A stretch of DNA of 64,000 nucleotides from NCBI GenBank assembly GCA_050949565.1, contig JBMNFY010000017.1:1792001-1856000 (forward strand). The letters run 5' to 3'. Both the position numbers and the translations under genes were made by a program. The DNA comes from Kiritimatiellia bacterium. GTDB taxonomy: Bacteria; Verrucomicrobiota; Kiritimatiellia; RFP12; UBA1067. How positions within the stretch are numbered: position 1 is the stretch's first letter; the number at the start of each line of letters is the position of its first letter. The notes under the pieces were generated by a model. It saw only the letters and a list, made by a program, of their open reading frames with translations. It was not told the origin of the DNA and did no database searches. Of the stretch, positions 50,369 to 59,964 are shown in pieces.

Positions 50369-50758
50369 TCAATTGCTTGCCTTGTGCTTGAGCGCGATCG
50401 CCTCAAGCTCGACGCGTGCGCATCTCGGCAGGCGTGCCACTTGGACAGTCGAGCGCGCCGGTCGGTGGTCGCCGAACATCTCGCCGTAGACCTTGTTGAC
50501 AGCCGGAAAGTCACCGATGTCGGTCAGGAAGAGCGTGGTTTTCACCACCCTATCAAGGCCGGAGCCGGCCGCCTCCAGCACAGCGCGCAGATTGAGCAAG
50601 ACACGCATCATCTGCTCTGCGGCGCCGACCACCTCAATCTCGCCGGAAGCGGGATTGATCGCAAGCTGTCCCGAGCAAAAAATGAATCCATTGGCCTCAA
50701 TAGCCTGCGCATAAGGGCCGATCGCCTCAGGGGCTTCCGGCGTACTAATAACCTTCAT
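50369..50758 (-). CDS. ridA: RidA family reactive intermediate deaminase
   Basis: AIGPY, CSGQ, VVKTT, PARS and VELE motifs. Confidence 0.9.
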   Translation of the reverse strand: MKVISTPEAPEAIGPYAQAIEANGFIFCSGQLAINPASGEIEVVGAAEQMMRVLLNLRAVLEAAGSGLDRVVKTTLFLTDIGDFPAVNKVYGEMFGDHRPARSTVQVARLPRCARVELEAIALKHKASN

Positions 50759-50914
50759 GGTCTTTCTCCTCTTCCTCTGGGGGATGGTTCGTCAGGGAAA
50801 GATAGCCCCGGGCATCTGTAAAGACAAGAAGGAAAACGGGGAAACCACCGCTTCGGTTGACGGGTGTTTGCTTATAGTGATAAATTCCTCACAGATTCTA
50901 TTTTGTTACAACTA

Positions 50915-51883
50915 CTAAGGGGCAGGTAATTTGACCAACTGTTTCGCTAACTCCAGCGCATCCACGGGCCAGAAGCATTCGGGGCGGGGACGGTGGACGC
51001 CGGGCTGTCCGGCTTGGGGACGGCAGTTCAGAATGCAGTCGAGCCACTGGGCGGGCACGGCGTCCAGACCGTACACCGCGCCCAGCAACGCTCCGCAAAT
51101 CGCCGCGTTGGTGTCGGTGTCGCCGCCCCGCATGACTGTGTCGACAACGCCCACTTCCAGATCCGGGGCATTGAGCAGTTGCCACAGGGCGTTGCGGAAG
51201 GCGATCAACCCCCAGCCTTGTTGTCGCGTGTAATCGGCGGGCGGCGCTTCGGCGGCACCTTCGATGGTTTCCATGATCACCGGGGCGACCGTCATATCGG
51301 CGGCCCATTGCTTGATGCACTGGTAGAGCGTGGTGGCCTCGCAACCTGAAGCAATGGCGTGGGCAATCGCCATGGCAAAAAGCGCGTTCGCCTGAAGACA
51401 GATCGGATTGGGATGAGTCAGGGCGGCGTCCTGCCTGGCCCACTCGGCCACCGTCTCTAATGGATGGTTGGCACCGAAGATGCCCAAGGGGCTGATGCGC
51501 ATCATGGCGCCGTTGGCCTGACTGTGATGGTTCGGAGAACCCCGGAGAGCGGCAGACGTGGTTGTGCCACAGTCAAAGGGCGCGGAGTCGATCCAAAATC
51601 GATACGCCTCAAACGCCGCTTTCGGGTCATACGAACCAACTTTCACCAACATCCGTGCCAACAGCAATGCCATCTCCGAGTCATCGGTCGGCTGGCCGGC
51701 GATGGTGTTCCACGTGCCGCCATCGGCCAACTTCCGCACACCATCCGGGTAACGGTGGCGGATCATTTCAGATGACTCAAATTCAACCAAGCTACCGAGC
51801 GCATCCCCGGCAAGCTGTCCAAGCAGACAGCCTTGAGCACGGGACAACATGGCAGTGTTTTCGTATGGACACTTCGTTTTCAT
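50915..51883 (-). CDS. ADP-ribosylglycohydrolase
   Basis: GDALG, TDDSE, NGAMMR, THP and GGDTDTNAAI motifs. Confidence 0.92.
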   Translation of the reverse strand: MKTKCPYENTAMLSRAQGCLLGQLAGDALGSLVEFESSEMIRHRYPDGVRKLADGGTWNTIAGQPTDDSEMALLLARMLVKVGSYDPKAAFEAYRFWIDSAPFDCGTTTSAALRGSPNHHSQANGAMMRISPLGIFGANHPLETVAEWARQDAALTHPNPICLQANALFAMAIAHAIASGCEATTLYQCIKQWAADMTVAPVIMETIEGAAEAPPADYTRQQGWGLIAFRNALWQLLNAPDLEVGVVDTVMRGGDTDTNAAICGALLGAVYGLDAVPAQWLDCILNCRPQAGQPGVHRPRPECFWPVDALELAKQLVKLPAP

Positions 51884-52159
51884 GATTTTTCACCTTCTGC
51901 GATCAACTACTGAAAGAATACCCATGACCACTAAGGGATAGGTAATTTGACCATCGCTCCCGGCACTACTGGGCCTGCAGGGATTGCGGCACGGGCGGGA
52001 CGCCCATGCCCACGGGCAAGATGCCCGTGCCACACCCGCAGGATCAGCAGTTCCGGCAGTGCCCGCCCAAAAAACTTTGTGCCCTTTGTGCCTTTGTGTG
52101 AGAAAAAAGGACAGAGCCATCCCCCCAAAAAAATCTGCGTACATCTACGGAATCTGCGG

Positions 52160-54901
52160 TTAACCAAGCCCCCTGCATCCCGGCCCGGACAGTACGCTCC
52201 TGCCGCCGGTCTGGGGGGTGACTTGAATCTGTGTGCTGATCCGCTCTTTCAAGGCGGAGACGTGCGAAATGACGCCGATCAGCTTGCCGTCATGCTGGAG
52301 ACTCGCGAGGGTTTCCAGCGCGGTGTCGAGCGCCTCTTCGTCCAACGTGCCGAACCCTTCGTCCAGGAACAGTGAATCCACGCGGACATTCTGGCTTGCC
52401 ATGTGGGACAAGCCCAACGCCAGCGCGAGACTGACGATAAAGCTCTCCCCGCCAGAAAGGTTTTTCGTGGTGCGGATCTCTCCGGCCTGATAGTTGTCGA
52501 CTACATTGAGTTCCAAGGGCGACGTATCGTCCCGCGTCAGCAAGTAACGGTCGGTCATGTTCTGCAACTGACGGTTGGCGTGACCAATCATCATGTCGAA
52601 GGTCAACCCTTGCGCAAAATTGCGGTACTTTTTGCCGTCGGCAGAGCCGATCAGTTCGTGCAGATTCTCCCACCTGCGGCACTCGTTTTTCTGAGCTTCG
52701 ATCGCGGCCTTTTTGGTCTCCATCCGCTCTTTGGCAACCGTGTTCTCGTTCAGTTTGTGCTTGAGACCGGCAATCGTATCCCGCATCTCTTTCAGGGACT
52801 CCTCCTGCTCTTTGAATCGCGGTTCAAGCGCTTCCAGCGGCTCGTCGGTGAGCTTAAGGGCCAGCTCCTTGGCCAGATGCGCCTCCCGATCCTTCTGTCG
52901 CGCTTTTAACTCGGTTTGACGGTCGTCCAAGCCTTTGGCCGTGTCCGTCAACTCGGCTCTGCGTTCAGCGGAAAGCCTGGCCGCCAAGAACTGCTCTTCA
53001 TCTGCAAACCCCACCGGCGCGAACGCTGCGGAAAATTCAGTTTCAAGTTTTTTAAGTTCCGGTTCTTGGTGCTCGATGCGCCGTTTAAGCGATGCGGCAC
53101 GATCCTTCGCGGTGTTCCACTTTTGCTGGTGTTCATGGTGCCGTTCTCTGGCCTGCTTCTCGGCACTCTCGGCAGCGGCAACCGCTTGGTTTAAGCGGCG
53201 CTCCTCATCGTCCGGCTGTTTGTCGCCGTACAGCGACTGACGCTCCGCACTCGCGGCGGCGAGTCCCTTTTTCAAGGTCTCCAGTTGCTCCAACTTTTCG
53301 GCCAGAGCGGTGCCTTGGGTTTCGATGACCGCATCCAGCCGTTTGACCTCGCTATCGATGTCGGCGATCTGCCTCTCGATCTCTGCCTTCCTGCCAATCA
53401 GATCCTCGACTTTGTCGATCAGGCGAGACAACTCATCAATCCGTTGCTCGGTTTCATCGGGGAGCGGCACATTGCCTGCGGCGAAGGGGTGTTCGGTCGC
53501 GCCGCAGAGCGGACAGGGCTTGCCGTCTTGCAGCTTGGCGCGATGCGCTTCAAGCTCTGCGATCCGAGTCAGGAGCGCCATTTCGCGCAGCAGGGCGTCC
53601 TTCTCGGCACGGTACTCGCGCAACAAAGTGGTCGGCTTTTCATCCTGCGCATGTTCCTTGAGGAAGGCGTCCACGCCTTGCAACGCCTCGCACGCCTTGG
53701 ATCGTTTGTCCAGTTCCGCAAGCCGGGCTTTTTTGTCTGTGTCGATCTTGGCTGTATCTCTTTTGCAACCCGCTTCGCTATCCGCGACAGCTTTTTGCTG
53801 GTCGCCAAGCTTTTGATCCAGTGCGCGGACTTTCTGCAAGGTCGGCGCGGCCGCTTTCAGCGCTTCTTTTGCTTGGACGGTTTGCTGCTCAGCCGCTTGC
53901 AAGGTTTCGGCCTGTTCCTTGGCAGAGATTTCCAGTCCGGGCAGTGCCGCCTCTTCGGTTTTCAGGGCGGCTTGGTCAGCCGACTGCTGTTTGCGGGCGG
54001 CGGTGAGTGTGGCGTATGCGCCGTCCAGCGCGGCGGCACTCAAGGCGCGTCCTAGCTTTTCGCGATCCGGCTTGAACGCTTCGATTTCGCCCTGCAGCTT
54101 GTCTGCTTCGTCGGCCAGACTGACAATCTCCTTTTTCAGTCCGTCGATGAGGGTGAGCCAGGCGATGGCCTTCCCGGTGGCGGCTGACGTGGCGGCAAGC
54201 TCTGCCTCTTCCTTGCGCTTGTTTTCGAGTGTTTGCTCCAGCGCTTGCTCCTGCTCCGGTTCAAGAATCACGATGCCGGCCGTTTCAGCGCGGAGCAGGT
54301 TCAGCTTCTCCTGCTCTTCGCGCTGGCGCTCATGGACGCGGATGGATATCCGGCTGTAGATCTCCGTGCCCGTGATCTGCTCCAGAATCGGTGCCCGATC
54401 ATCGGGTGCTGCCTGCAGGAATGCGGCGAAACCGCCCTGCGCCAGTAGCATGGAGCGGGTGAAGCGGTCAAAGTCCATGCCGGTGGCCGTCGCGATCTGG
54501 TCGGCAACGCCTTTGATTTTGGATTCAAAAATCTCGCCGGAGTCGGCATCGGCAATTTCGTGCTTCGGGGCTTGGAGTTCGCCGTCCGGCTTCTTGCGCG
54601 CCCGGTGCTGGCTCCAGTGGCAGCGGTAGCGCTTGGACTGGGCTTCGAAGGTCACCTCGGCAAAACATTCGCCAGTCTGGCGGGACATGACTTCGTTGCC
54701 GCTCCGATTGACCCTGTCCAGGCGCGGCGTGCGTCCGTAAAGCGCGAGGCAAATGGCATCGAGGATGGTGGTCTTGCCCGATCCGGTGGGGCCGGTGATG
54801 GCGAAGATGCCGTCAGACACATAGGCCGGATGCGTCAGGTCGATTTCCCATTCGCCGACCAGCGAGTTCAGATTCTTGAAGCGTATTTGGCGGATCCTCA
54901 T
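52160..54901 (-). CDS. sbcC: SbcC (Rad50-like) ATPase
   Basis: GPTGSGKT, Q-loop LAQG, zinc hook CPLCG, LSGGE and FLDEGFG motifs. Confidence 0.93.
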   Translation of the reverse strand: MRIRQIRFKNLNSLVGEWEIDLTHPAYVSDGIFAITGPTGSGKTTILDAICLALYGRTPRLDRVNRSGNEVMSRQTGECFAEVTFEAQSKRYRCHWSQHRARKKPDGELQAPKHEIADADSGEIFESKIKGVADQIATATGMDFDRFTRSMLLAQGGFAAFLQAAPDDRAPILEQITGTEIYSRISIRVHERQREEQEKLNLLRAETAGIVILEPEQEQALEQTLENKRKEEAELAATSAATGKAIAWLTLIDGLKKEIVSLADEADKLQGEIEAFKPDREKLGRALSAAALDGAYATLTAARKQQSADQAALKTEEAALPGLEISAKEQAETLQAAEQQTVQAKEALKAAAPTLQKVRALDQKLGDQQKAVADSEAGCKRDTAKIDTDKKARLAELDKRSKACEALQGVDAFLKEHAQDEKPTTLLREYRAEKDALLREMALLTRIAELEAHRAKLQDGKPCPLCGATEHPFAAGNVPLPDETEQRIDELSRLIDKVEDLIGRKAEIERQIADIDSEVKRLDAVIETQGTALAEKLEQLETLKKGLAAASAERQSLYGDKQPDDEERRLNQAVAAAESAEKQARERHHEHQQKWNTAKDRAASLKRRIEHQEPELKKLETEFSAAFAPVGFADEEQFLAARLSAERRAELTDTAKGLDDRQTELKARQKDREAHLAKELALKLTDEPLEALEPRFKEQEESLKEMRDTIAGLKHKLNENTVAKERMETKKAAIEAQKNECRRWENLHELIGSADGKKYRNFAQGLTFDMMIGHANRQLQNMTDRYLLTRDDTSPLELNVVDNYQAGEIRTTKNLSGGESFIVSLALALGLSHMASQNVRVDSLFLDEGFGTLDEEALDTALETLASLQHDGKLIGVISHVSALKERISTQIQVTPQTGGRSVLSGPGCRGLG

Positions 54902-54929
54902 CGCCAGCCCCTCCGCATAGCCGGGACAT

Positions 54930-55200
54930 AAAAATTGAGCGTTGAGCGTTGAGCGTTGAAAGTTTTAACGCAGAGACGCAGAGACGCAGAGATTTTTATG
55001 GGATGGCATCGTGACCGCCGCCGAAGGGAGGGACGAGCGTCTGCTCGTCCGCGGGCAAGCAGACGCTTGCCCCTCCCGGTGCTTCGCACTGAAATCTGAG
55101 AAACTATCCTTCCGCACGGCGGAAGGCGGCTCGTGGGGACACTCGCCCTCCAATGCCGCGCCTCAATCATGTCAATCATGTCAATCATGTCAAAAAAAAC
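54930..55200. repeat. Composite repeat patch between sbcD and sbcC
   Basis: (ttgagcg)3, (acgcagag)3, a GGAG-type REP dyad at 55026-55077, a REP at 55126-55152 and (caatcatgt)3. Confidence 0.85.
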
Positions 55201-55215
55201 GCATCCCGTCTTTCA

Positions 55216-56577
55216 TCAAAGCGCGTCGTCCTCGTCGAGCGACGCGACCGCTTCTTGATAAGTCCGCAGTAGCTCGGGCCGCTGTTCGTCAGGCACGTTG
55301 TGAGCGGCGAGGCAGCGCTCGAATACATCGTTTACGGTCAGATCATCGAGCGTTTCCTCTGTGTGGAGCCGTCCCAGCACGCGGTCGATGATACGGTTGT
55401 TTTTGACGCGGAGAATCTCTATTTGGGTATCGGCTGTCGCAGTCTCCAAACGTTCGCGCAGGTCACCGATGACTTCTTCGCCCTCGTAGACGACTTCGAG
55501 CCAGCTTGAAGCGTCCGTTGCCGACAACTCAAGGATGCGGCGCTCGATGTCGTCCCACTCACCTTTGACGCGCTCAAGCTTTTGAAACATCGGTGCGTCG
55601 ATTAGGCTGATGTGAGCTTTTGGCCGATTATCGAGGCCTTTGCAATCCCCCTTGCGTGCAGGTGTGGCACGGGCATCTTGCCCGTGTTTCATGGGCGGGA
55701 CGCCCATGCCACGAGGGGTTTTGCAAGGGTCTCTGGCGTCAGCCTTGTCTGCGTTCCTCTGTGGATAAAAATCGACCAGCACCACACTCTTCTGCTGTTT
55801 GGCCTCGCCGAATCCCATAGGCAGGGGAGAGCCGCTATATCGCATGGTTTCGGTGCTACTCACCATTTGCGGGATATGGAGGTGGCCGAGCGCCAGATAA
55901 TCAAAACTGGCGGGAAAACTTTGGGCAGTCACATGCGCCAGCGAACCCACATAGAGTTCGCGCACGCCATCGCCGTCGACCGTTTGTCCGCCTGCGGTAA
56001 ACAGATGCCCCATGCCGACGACGGGGATATCGCCCCCGAACTCCGCGCGTTTTTGTTCGGCCAGGGCAGTGACGGCGGCGTAGTGTGCGCGGATGCCGTC
56101 AGTCAATTTCCGCTCCTTGTCCTCGACACTCTCGCCGGCTTCCGCCGTGCGGATATCCCGGTCGCGGAGATAGGGCACGGCGCAGACGATCAGTTCCGGC
56201 GCGTCCTGCGCATTGCGGAGCACCAGCACCTCGTCTTCCAGGCAGTCAGAAGCATTGCCGACCACATGGACATTGAGGGCTTTGAGCAACTCTTTGGGGG
56301 CATTGAGGAACGACGGCGAATCATGGTTGCCCGCGATAACGACAACATGTCGGCAGTGCGAGGCAACCACCCGGCACAGAAAGCGGTAGTAGAGTTCCTG
56401 GGCGCGGTTGCTCGGTGTACTGGTGTCAAAGACATCCCCCGCCACCAGCAGCGCGTCGATCTCACGCTCCCGGATCGTCTCCGTCAGCCAAGCTAGAAAC
56501 GCCTCAAACTCCTCATAGCGTTTTCTGCCATAAAGCGTGCGGCCGAGATGCCAGTCGGATGTGTGGAGTATTTTCAC
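55216..56577 (-). CDS. sbcD: SbcD nuclease with in-frame repeat insertion
   Basis: HTSDWHLG, AGDVFD, AGNHD, LGHLH and YSGSP motifs; GTG start. Confidence 0.93.
   Translation of the reverse strand: MKILHTSDWHLGRTLYGRKRYEEFEAFLAWLTETIREREIDALLVAGDVFDTSTPSNRAQELYYRFLCRVVASHCRHVVVIAGNHDSPSFLNAPKELLKALNVHVVGNASDCLEDEVLVLRNAQDAPELIVCAVPYLRDRDIRTAEAGESVEDKERKLTDGIRAHYAAVTALAEQKRAEFGGDIPVVGMGHLFTAGGQTVDGDGVRELYVGSLAHVTAQSFPASFDYLALGHLHIPQMVSSTETMRYSGSPLPMGFGEAKQQKSVVLVDFYPQRNADKADARDPCKTPRGMGVPPMKHGQDARATPARKGDCKGLDNRPKAHISLIDAPMFQKLERVKGEWDDIERRILELSATDASSWLEVVYEGEEVIGDLRERLETATADTQIEILRVKNNRIIDRVLGRLHTEETLDDLTVNDVFERCLAAHNVPDEQRPELLRTYQEAVASLDEDDAL
55633..55733 (-). mobile_element. In-frame inverted-repeat element, copy in sbcD
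   Basis: gaggcctttgcaa...ttgcaagggtctc ends around a REP dyad; about 89/97 identical to 59371-59467. Confidence 0.9.
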
Positions 56578-56880
56578 CGGGCATTCTACTTTTGCTCGCA
56601 GGTCGTTTTTTCGCCCCGGGCATGGTGATAGGCCTTGCAGGCTTTGCAGTCTCCGTGCCGCGGGCACCCCGGCCACGTGCAGGGGCAATCAGTTTTGATC
56701 GTTTTCTCGCTCATATCGGTTCTCCTAGTAGTTTTGCCGGTGGTGGATTTAGTGGACGTTGTGGACGCTGTTGACTTGGTGGACGCTTCAGAATCTTGTC
56801 CACGCTATCCACCCCTCTGGCTTCTCTTTGCCGCCTGTCGCCCCCAGACGTCGGTACCTGTCGCCCTCGATCACGTGTAC

Positions 56881-57240
56881 TCACACCGCCGAGGCGACGA
56901 TGCGGTTGTGTTCGTCGAGCCGCACGATTTTGGGGTGGTGGTCCGCGCACTCGTTCGCGTCAAGCTGGCACCAGACCATGACGATCAGGCGGTCGCCGAG
57001 GGTGCCCTTGTGGGCGGTCGCACCGTTCAGGCACGCCACGCCGCTGCCGCGCGGCCCTTTGATCGCGTAAGTCTCGAAACGTTCGCCGTTTTCCAGATTG
57101 GCGACCAGCAGCTTTTCGTAATTCAGGATACCGACGGCGTCCATCAAATCTTCATCGATCGTCAGGCTGCCTTCGTACTCCTTGTCGGCCTGTGTGACGC
57201 GCAAGTGGTGCAGTTTGGCTTTGAGTAAAGTGCAGAGCAT
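56881..57240 (-). CDS. panD: Aspartate 1-decarboxylase
   Basis: KAKLH, YEGSLTID, NGERFETY and LNGA motifs. Confidence 0.95.
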   Translation of the reverse strand: MLCTLLKAKLHHLRVTQADKEYEGSLTIDEDLMDAVGILNYEKLLVANLENGERFETYAIKGPRGSGVACLNGATAHKGTLGDRLIVMVWCQLDANECADHHPKIVRLDEHNRIVASAV

Positions 57241-57373
57241 AAAAATCCTTTTGGAAACGTAGTTACAGCATACGGCGAAGCCGCTTGCGATGCAAGAAGA
57301 GAGATTGTTGCAAAACACACGCCAACCCCGTATTCTATTGCCGTTGCGTAAAACCGATTCTTAGGAGAGAGAG

Positions 57374-58060
57374 ATGGCATTGAATGTGGTGAGAGAGATT
57401 GACGGGTGCGTGGCCGTGCGCCATGTGTTGATGAGTGTGTCGGACAAGAGTGGCCTGGAGACGTTTGTGCCCGGACTGATCGCCGCCTGTCCAGAGGTGA
57501 AAATCTATTCGACCGGCGGTACCTACACCGCCGTGCAGAAACTGCTCGGCCCTGAACGCGCCGCGCAACATTTGGTGGCAGTCTCGGACTATACCGGACA
57601 GCCGGAGATGCAGGGCGGACTGGTCAAAACCCTCGACTTCAAGATCTATCTGGGCTTGCTCAGCGAGACCTACAACGCGGATCACCAGCGCGATCTGACC
57701 CGTACCGATGCGGTTGCGATCGATATGGTCGTGGTGAACCTCTATCCCTTCCAGCAGACGGTCGCGCGCGAGGGCGTGACCCCAGAGGAGGCGCGCACGA
57801 ATATCGATATCGGCGGCCCCTGCATGGTACGCGCCTCGGCCAAGAACTACCTGCGTGTGGCTTCGGTGACCGATCCTGCGGACTACAGCGCGTTGCTCGA
57901 TGAGCTGACCGCCAACGGCGGTACGCTGGGCTTTGCCACGCGCCTCGCTCTGATGAAAAAAGCCTTTGCCCATACCGCGCAGTATGACACCGCGATTGCC
58001 GCCTTCTTTGCCGATGTTACGGAGGAGCAAGCGCGGAAGACGTATGACATGCACGCCTAA
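57374..58060 (+). CDS. IMP cyclohydrolase domain of PurH, stand-alone
   Basis: SVSDK, STGGT, VKTL, VVNLYPF and IDIGGP motifs; no AICAR transformylase domain. Confidence 0.85.
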   Translation: MALNVVREIDGCVAVRHVLMSVSDKSGLETFVPGLIAACPEVKIYSTGGTYTAVQKLLGPERAAQHLVAVSDYTGQPEMQGGLVKTLDFKIYLGLLSETYNADHQRDLTRTDAVAIDMVVVNLYPFQQTVAREGVTPEEARTNIDIGGPCMVRASAKNYLRVASVTDPADYSALLDELTANGGTLGFATRLALMKKAFAHTAQYDTAIAAFFADVTEEQARKTYDMHA

Positions 58061-58063
58061 ACC

Positions 58064-58936
58064 ATGATCGATCTGCACATCCATTCCACGCACTCGGATG
58101 GCTCCGACACGCCCGCACGCTTGGTTGAACTCGGGCGGCGGGCTGGCTTGCATGCGATGGCTCTGACCGATCACGATACGATGGCCGGCACTGAGGATTT
58201 TCTGGCCGCCTGCCGTGCGCACGGCATGACCGGCATCTCCGGCATTGAAATCAGCGTGGATGTCGATGGTGGCCCTGGTTCGCTGCACATCCTCGGTTAC
58301 GGCATGGATCCGCACCACCCGGCGATACATAAGAATCTCGGGTGGGTGCTTGACGGGCGCGCCTGGCGCAATGAGCGGATTGTCGAAAAGCTCAACGAAC
58401 TGGGCTTGGAACTGAATCTGGACGAGGTTCGCGCTTACGCCGGCGAGGATGTCGTCGCACGCCCCCATATCGCGCGGGCGCTGATCGGGCGCGGCTATGT
58501 CTCGACTGTGGCGGAGGCGTTCGACAAGTATCTCGCCAAGGGGCGTCCCGCGTACATCGACCGCTACCGCCTCAACCCGGAAGAGGGCATCAGCATGATC
58601 CGCGAGACCGGCGGCATCGCCGTCATCGCGCATCCCTTCACATGGGAGAATGACGACGCGCGTCTGGAGGCGGGCTTGCGCACGCTTCAGTCGTTCGGCC
58701 TCAACGGCATCGAGGCGATTTACTCTGAGTATACGCCGGAACAGACCGTGACGCTGCTACGCCTCGCCAAGCGCCTCGGGCTGTTGGTCACCGGCGGCTC
58801 CGATTACCACGGTCTGGCCAAACCCGACATCGCGCTTGGTCGCGGCTTCGGCGCACTCAGTGTGCCGGACACCTGCCTGCTTCCGCTGCTGGCCGCGCTT
58901 GGCCCCGATAACCCTTGGGTGGTCACGCCCTCTTAA
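58064..58936 (+). CDS. PHP domain phosphoesterase
   Basis: DLHIHSTHSDG, LTDHD, AHP and GGSDYHG motifs. Confidence 0.92.
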   Translation: MIDLHIHSTHSDGSDTPARLVELGRRAGLHAMALTDHDTMAGTEDFLAACRAHGMTGISGIEISVDVDGGPGSLHILGYGMDPHHPAIHKNLGWVLDGRAWRNERIVEKLNELGLELNLDEVRAYAGEDVVARPHIARALIGRGYVSTVAEAFDKYLAKGRPAYIDRYRLNPEEGISMIRETGGIAVIAHPFTWENDDARLEAGLRTLQSFGLNGIEAIYSEYTPEQTVTLLRLAKRLGLLVTGGSDYHGLAKPDIALGRGFGALSVPDTCLLPLLAALGPDNPWVVTPS

Positions 58937-58971
58937 CCCCTCACCCCCTTAACCCCTTACAGCCTCCCCCC

Positions 58972-59964
58972 ATGGACTGGACTGATACATTAGCCGAATT
59001 GATCCGACGCACCACGAGCGACCTGCCCGCCGATGCGGAGGCCGCGCTGTGCCGCGCTGTCGATGTGGAGTCGCCCGACTCGCAGGCCGCGCTGATCCTG
59101 CGCGCGCTTGTGGAGAACACCGCGCTTGCGCGCCAACAATCTACGCCGCTCTGCCAAGACACCGGCACGCTCACCTTTTTCTGGGAGGTGCCGCCCGGCA
59201 CCGATACCGCCGCGCTCGAACAAGCCGCGCGCAACGCGGTGGCGCGCGCCACCCACAACGGCTGGCTGCGCCGCAACACGATCGACACCTTGACGGGACG
59301 CTCGGTCGACAGCAATGTCGCCGAAGGTTGTCCGGTGTGCCACTTCGAGCAACGGGCGGCGGATGGAGAAGGCTCTTGCAAAACCCCTCGTAGCATGGGC
59401 GTCCCGCCCATGAAACACGGGCAAGATGCCCGTGCCACACCTGTACGCAAGGGGTTTTGCAAGAGCCCCGAAGGTCATGCGGCGGGAATCGAAGTCTGGC
59501 TGCTGCAGAAAGGCGGCGGCAGCGAGAACATGAGCCGCCAGTTCAGTCTGCCCGACGAAACGCTCGGAGCCGGACGCGACCTCGAAGGGGTGCGGCGTTG
59601 CCTGCTGCACGCGGTCTGGCAAACGCAGGGCTTCGGCTGTGCGCCCGGCGTGCTGGGCGTCTGCATCGGTGCCGACCGCGCCGAAGGGTTTCTCGTCGCC
59701 AAGCGCCAGTTGTTGCGTTCGCTTGACGATGCCGCGCCTGAACCTGAGTTGGCCGCACTTGAGCGGCGCGTACTGGAGGAGGCCAACGCATTGGGCATCG
59801 GTCCGATGGGCATGGGCGGCACCACCACGCTGCTGGGCGTCAAAATCGCTGCGCGTACCCGTCTGCCCGCCTCTTACTTTGTCACTGTGGCTTATCTCTG
59901 CTGGGCTTGCCGCCGGCGCGGCCTGCGCGTATCGTCCGACGGTTCGCTCCACTGGCTCAACTGA
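58972..59964 (+). CDS. Fumarate/tartrate hydratase alpha subunit with in-frame insertion
   Basis: PLCQDTG, KGGGSEN, GIGPMGMGG and CWACR motifs. Confidence 0.9.
   Translation: MDWTDTLAELIRRTTSDLPADAEAALCRAVDVESPDSQAALILRALVENTALARQQSTPLCQDTGTLTFFWEVPPGTDTAALEQAARNAVARATHNGWLRRNTIDTLTGRSVDSNVAEGCPVCHFEQRAADGEGSCKTPRSMGVPPMKHGQDARATPVRKGFCKSPEGHAAGIEVWLLQKGGGSENMSRQFSLPDETLGAGRDLEGVRRCLLHAVWQTQGFGCAPGVLGVCIGADRAEGFLVAKRQLLRSLDDAAPEPELAALERRVLEEANALGIGPMGMGGTTTLLGVKIAARTRLPASYFVTVAYLCWACRRRGLRVSSDGSLHWLN
59371..59467 (+). mobile_element. In-frame inverted-repeat element, copy in the hydratase gene
   Basis: Perfect 18-bp inverted repeats ggctcttgcaaaacccct / aggggttttgcaagagcc. Confidence 0.9.
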
